A stretch of DNA of 64,000 nucleotides from Spirochaetia bacterium (GTDB taxonomy: Bacteria > Spirochaetota > Spirochaetia > SZUA-6 > Bin103): positions 896,001 through 960,000 of the forward strand of contig CBDAOI010000004.1 in assembly GCA_965198005.1 (NCBI GenBank), given 5' to 3'. Position 1 is the stretch's first letter. Each line of letters starts with the position of its first letter. The position numbers and the translations under genes were made by a program. This document shows positions 63,204 through 64,000 of the stretch, piece by piece. Under the pieces are notes generated by a model. The model did not search any database. It saw only the letters and a list, made by a program, of their open reading frames with translations, and was not told where the DNA came from.

Positions 63204-64000
63204 ATGGACTTGAGGACCTCGATCGGGAAGCTGGGCGTGTGGATGTTCTTCGACGCGGAGTCGTTGGCGGAGACCGTGGCGCACGTGCAGGAGCTGGAGC
63301 GGCTGGGCGTGGCGGCGGTCTGGGTGCCCGAGGCCGCCGGACGGGATCCGTTCACTCACCTTTCCTTCCTGGCCGCGCACACCGACTCGATCCGGCTGGC
63401 GACGGGTATCGCCAACATCTACGCGCGCAGCGCGGCGGCGCTGAAGGCGGCCGCCAATACGCTGCAGGAGGCCAGCGCAGGGCGCTTCATCCTGGGGCTG
63501 GGAGTATCGCACCGTGAAGGGGTGGGGCCGGTCTGGCGCCGCGAGTACGGCCGGCCGGTGGCGACCATGCGGGCGTTTCTGAACGACCTGCACGCCAGCC
63601 CCTACCGCGGGCCGCAGCCGGAGGCAGCCCTCCCGATCGTGCTGGCGGCCCTGCGGCCAAGGATGCTCGGTCTGGCCGCCGAGGTCGCGGCGGGAGCGCA
63701 TCCCTACTTCACGCCGCCCGAGCACACCGCGCGGGCGCGCGAGATCCTCGGCCGCGGTCCGTGGCTGGCCCCGGAACAGGCGGTCGTGCGGGAAACCGAT
63801 CCGGCCACCGCCCGGGCCGCCGCGCGCCGGTACATGCGCCCCTACCTGGGGCTGGAGAACTACCGCAACAATCTCAAGACCCTGGGATTCACCGATGCCG
63901 ACTTCGAACACGGCGGCAGCGACCGGGTGGTCGACGCGGTAGTGGTCTGGGGGGACGAGCGCGCAATCCGCCGGCGCCTGGAGCAGCACTGGAGCGCCGG
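63204..64000 (+). CDS. LLM-class F420-dependent oxidoreductase (runs off the window end)
   Basis: Hand translation after GGAGG: MDLRTSIGKLGVW...WVPEAAGRDPF...LATGIANIYAR...RFILGLGVSH...LAALRPRML. Confidence 0.85.
   Translation, partial: MDLRTSIGKLGVWMFFDAESLAETVAHVQELERLGVAAVWVPEAAGRDPFTHLSFLAAHTDSIRLATGIANIYARSAAALKAAANTLQEASAGRFILGLGVSHREGVGPVWRREYGRPVATMRAFLNDLHASPYRGPQPEAALPIVLAALRPRMLGLAAEVAAGAHPYFTPPEHTARAREILGRGPWLAPEQAVVRETDPATARAAARRYMRPYLGLENYRNNLKTLGFTDADFEHGGSDRVVDAVVVWGDERAIRRRLEQHWSA

Overview
High-GC bacterial chromosomal window. The family-5 ABC binding protein, the BMP transporter and the PTS-IIA/antiporter pair suggest a Spirochaetota-like host-associated organism (inference only). 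Intact housekeeping blocks: a CysO/Mec/CysM/MoeZ-type sulfur-carrier pathway with the ubiquitin-like carrier fused to its E1-rhodanese; XPB helicase plus partner; a cobalamin riboswitch with a Btu-like ABC transporter; a sigma54 two-component system; peptide and nucleoside ABC transporters; fabF; an LLM/F420 oxidoreductase. These alternate with accessory DNA cut by internal deletions and frameshifts: an MBL/E2-E1 remnant, a type-3 BREX locus with two pglXI relics and nested MTase/DUF262/RelA-SpoT genes, a DISARM-like remnant, and several TA loci with broken toxins. Best leads: (1) an intact AT-rich three-gene operon (TIGR04255-like protein, unknown protein, putative ART-like protein) next to an ADP-ribosylglycohydrolase; (2) an OsmC-like gene with an in-frame UGA at the catalytic Cys position and a SECIS-like hairpin, which the ORF track splits in two; (3) a DUF262 + RelA/SpoT-like pair inside BREX; (4) recurrent deletion junctions just after (C/G)TAC. 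I recognised no CRISPR array, tRNA, rRNA or intact transposase. All family assignments come from motif recognition by eye; no database search was run.
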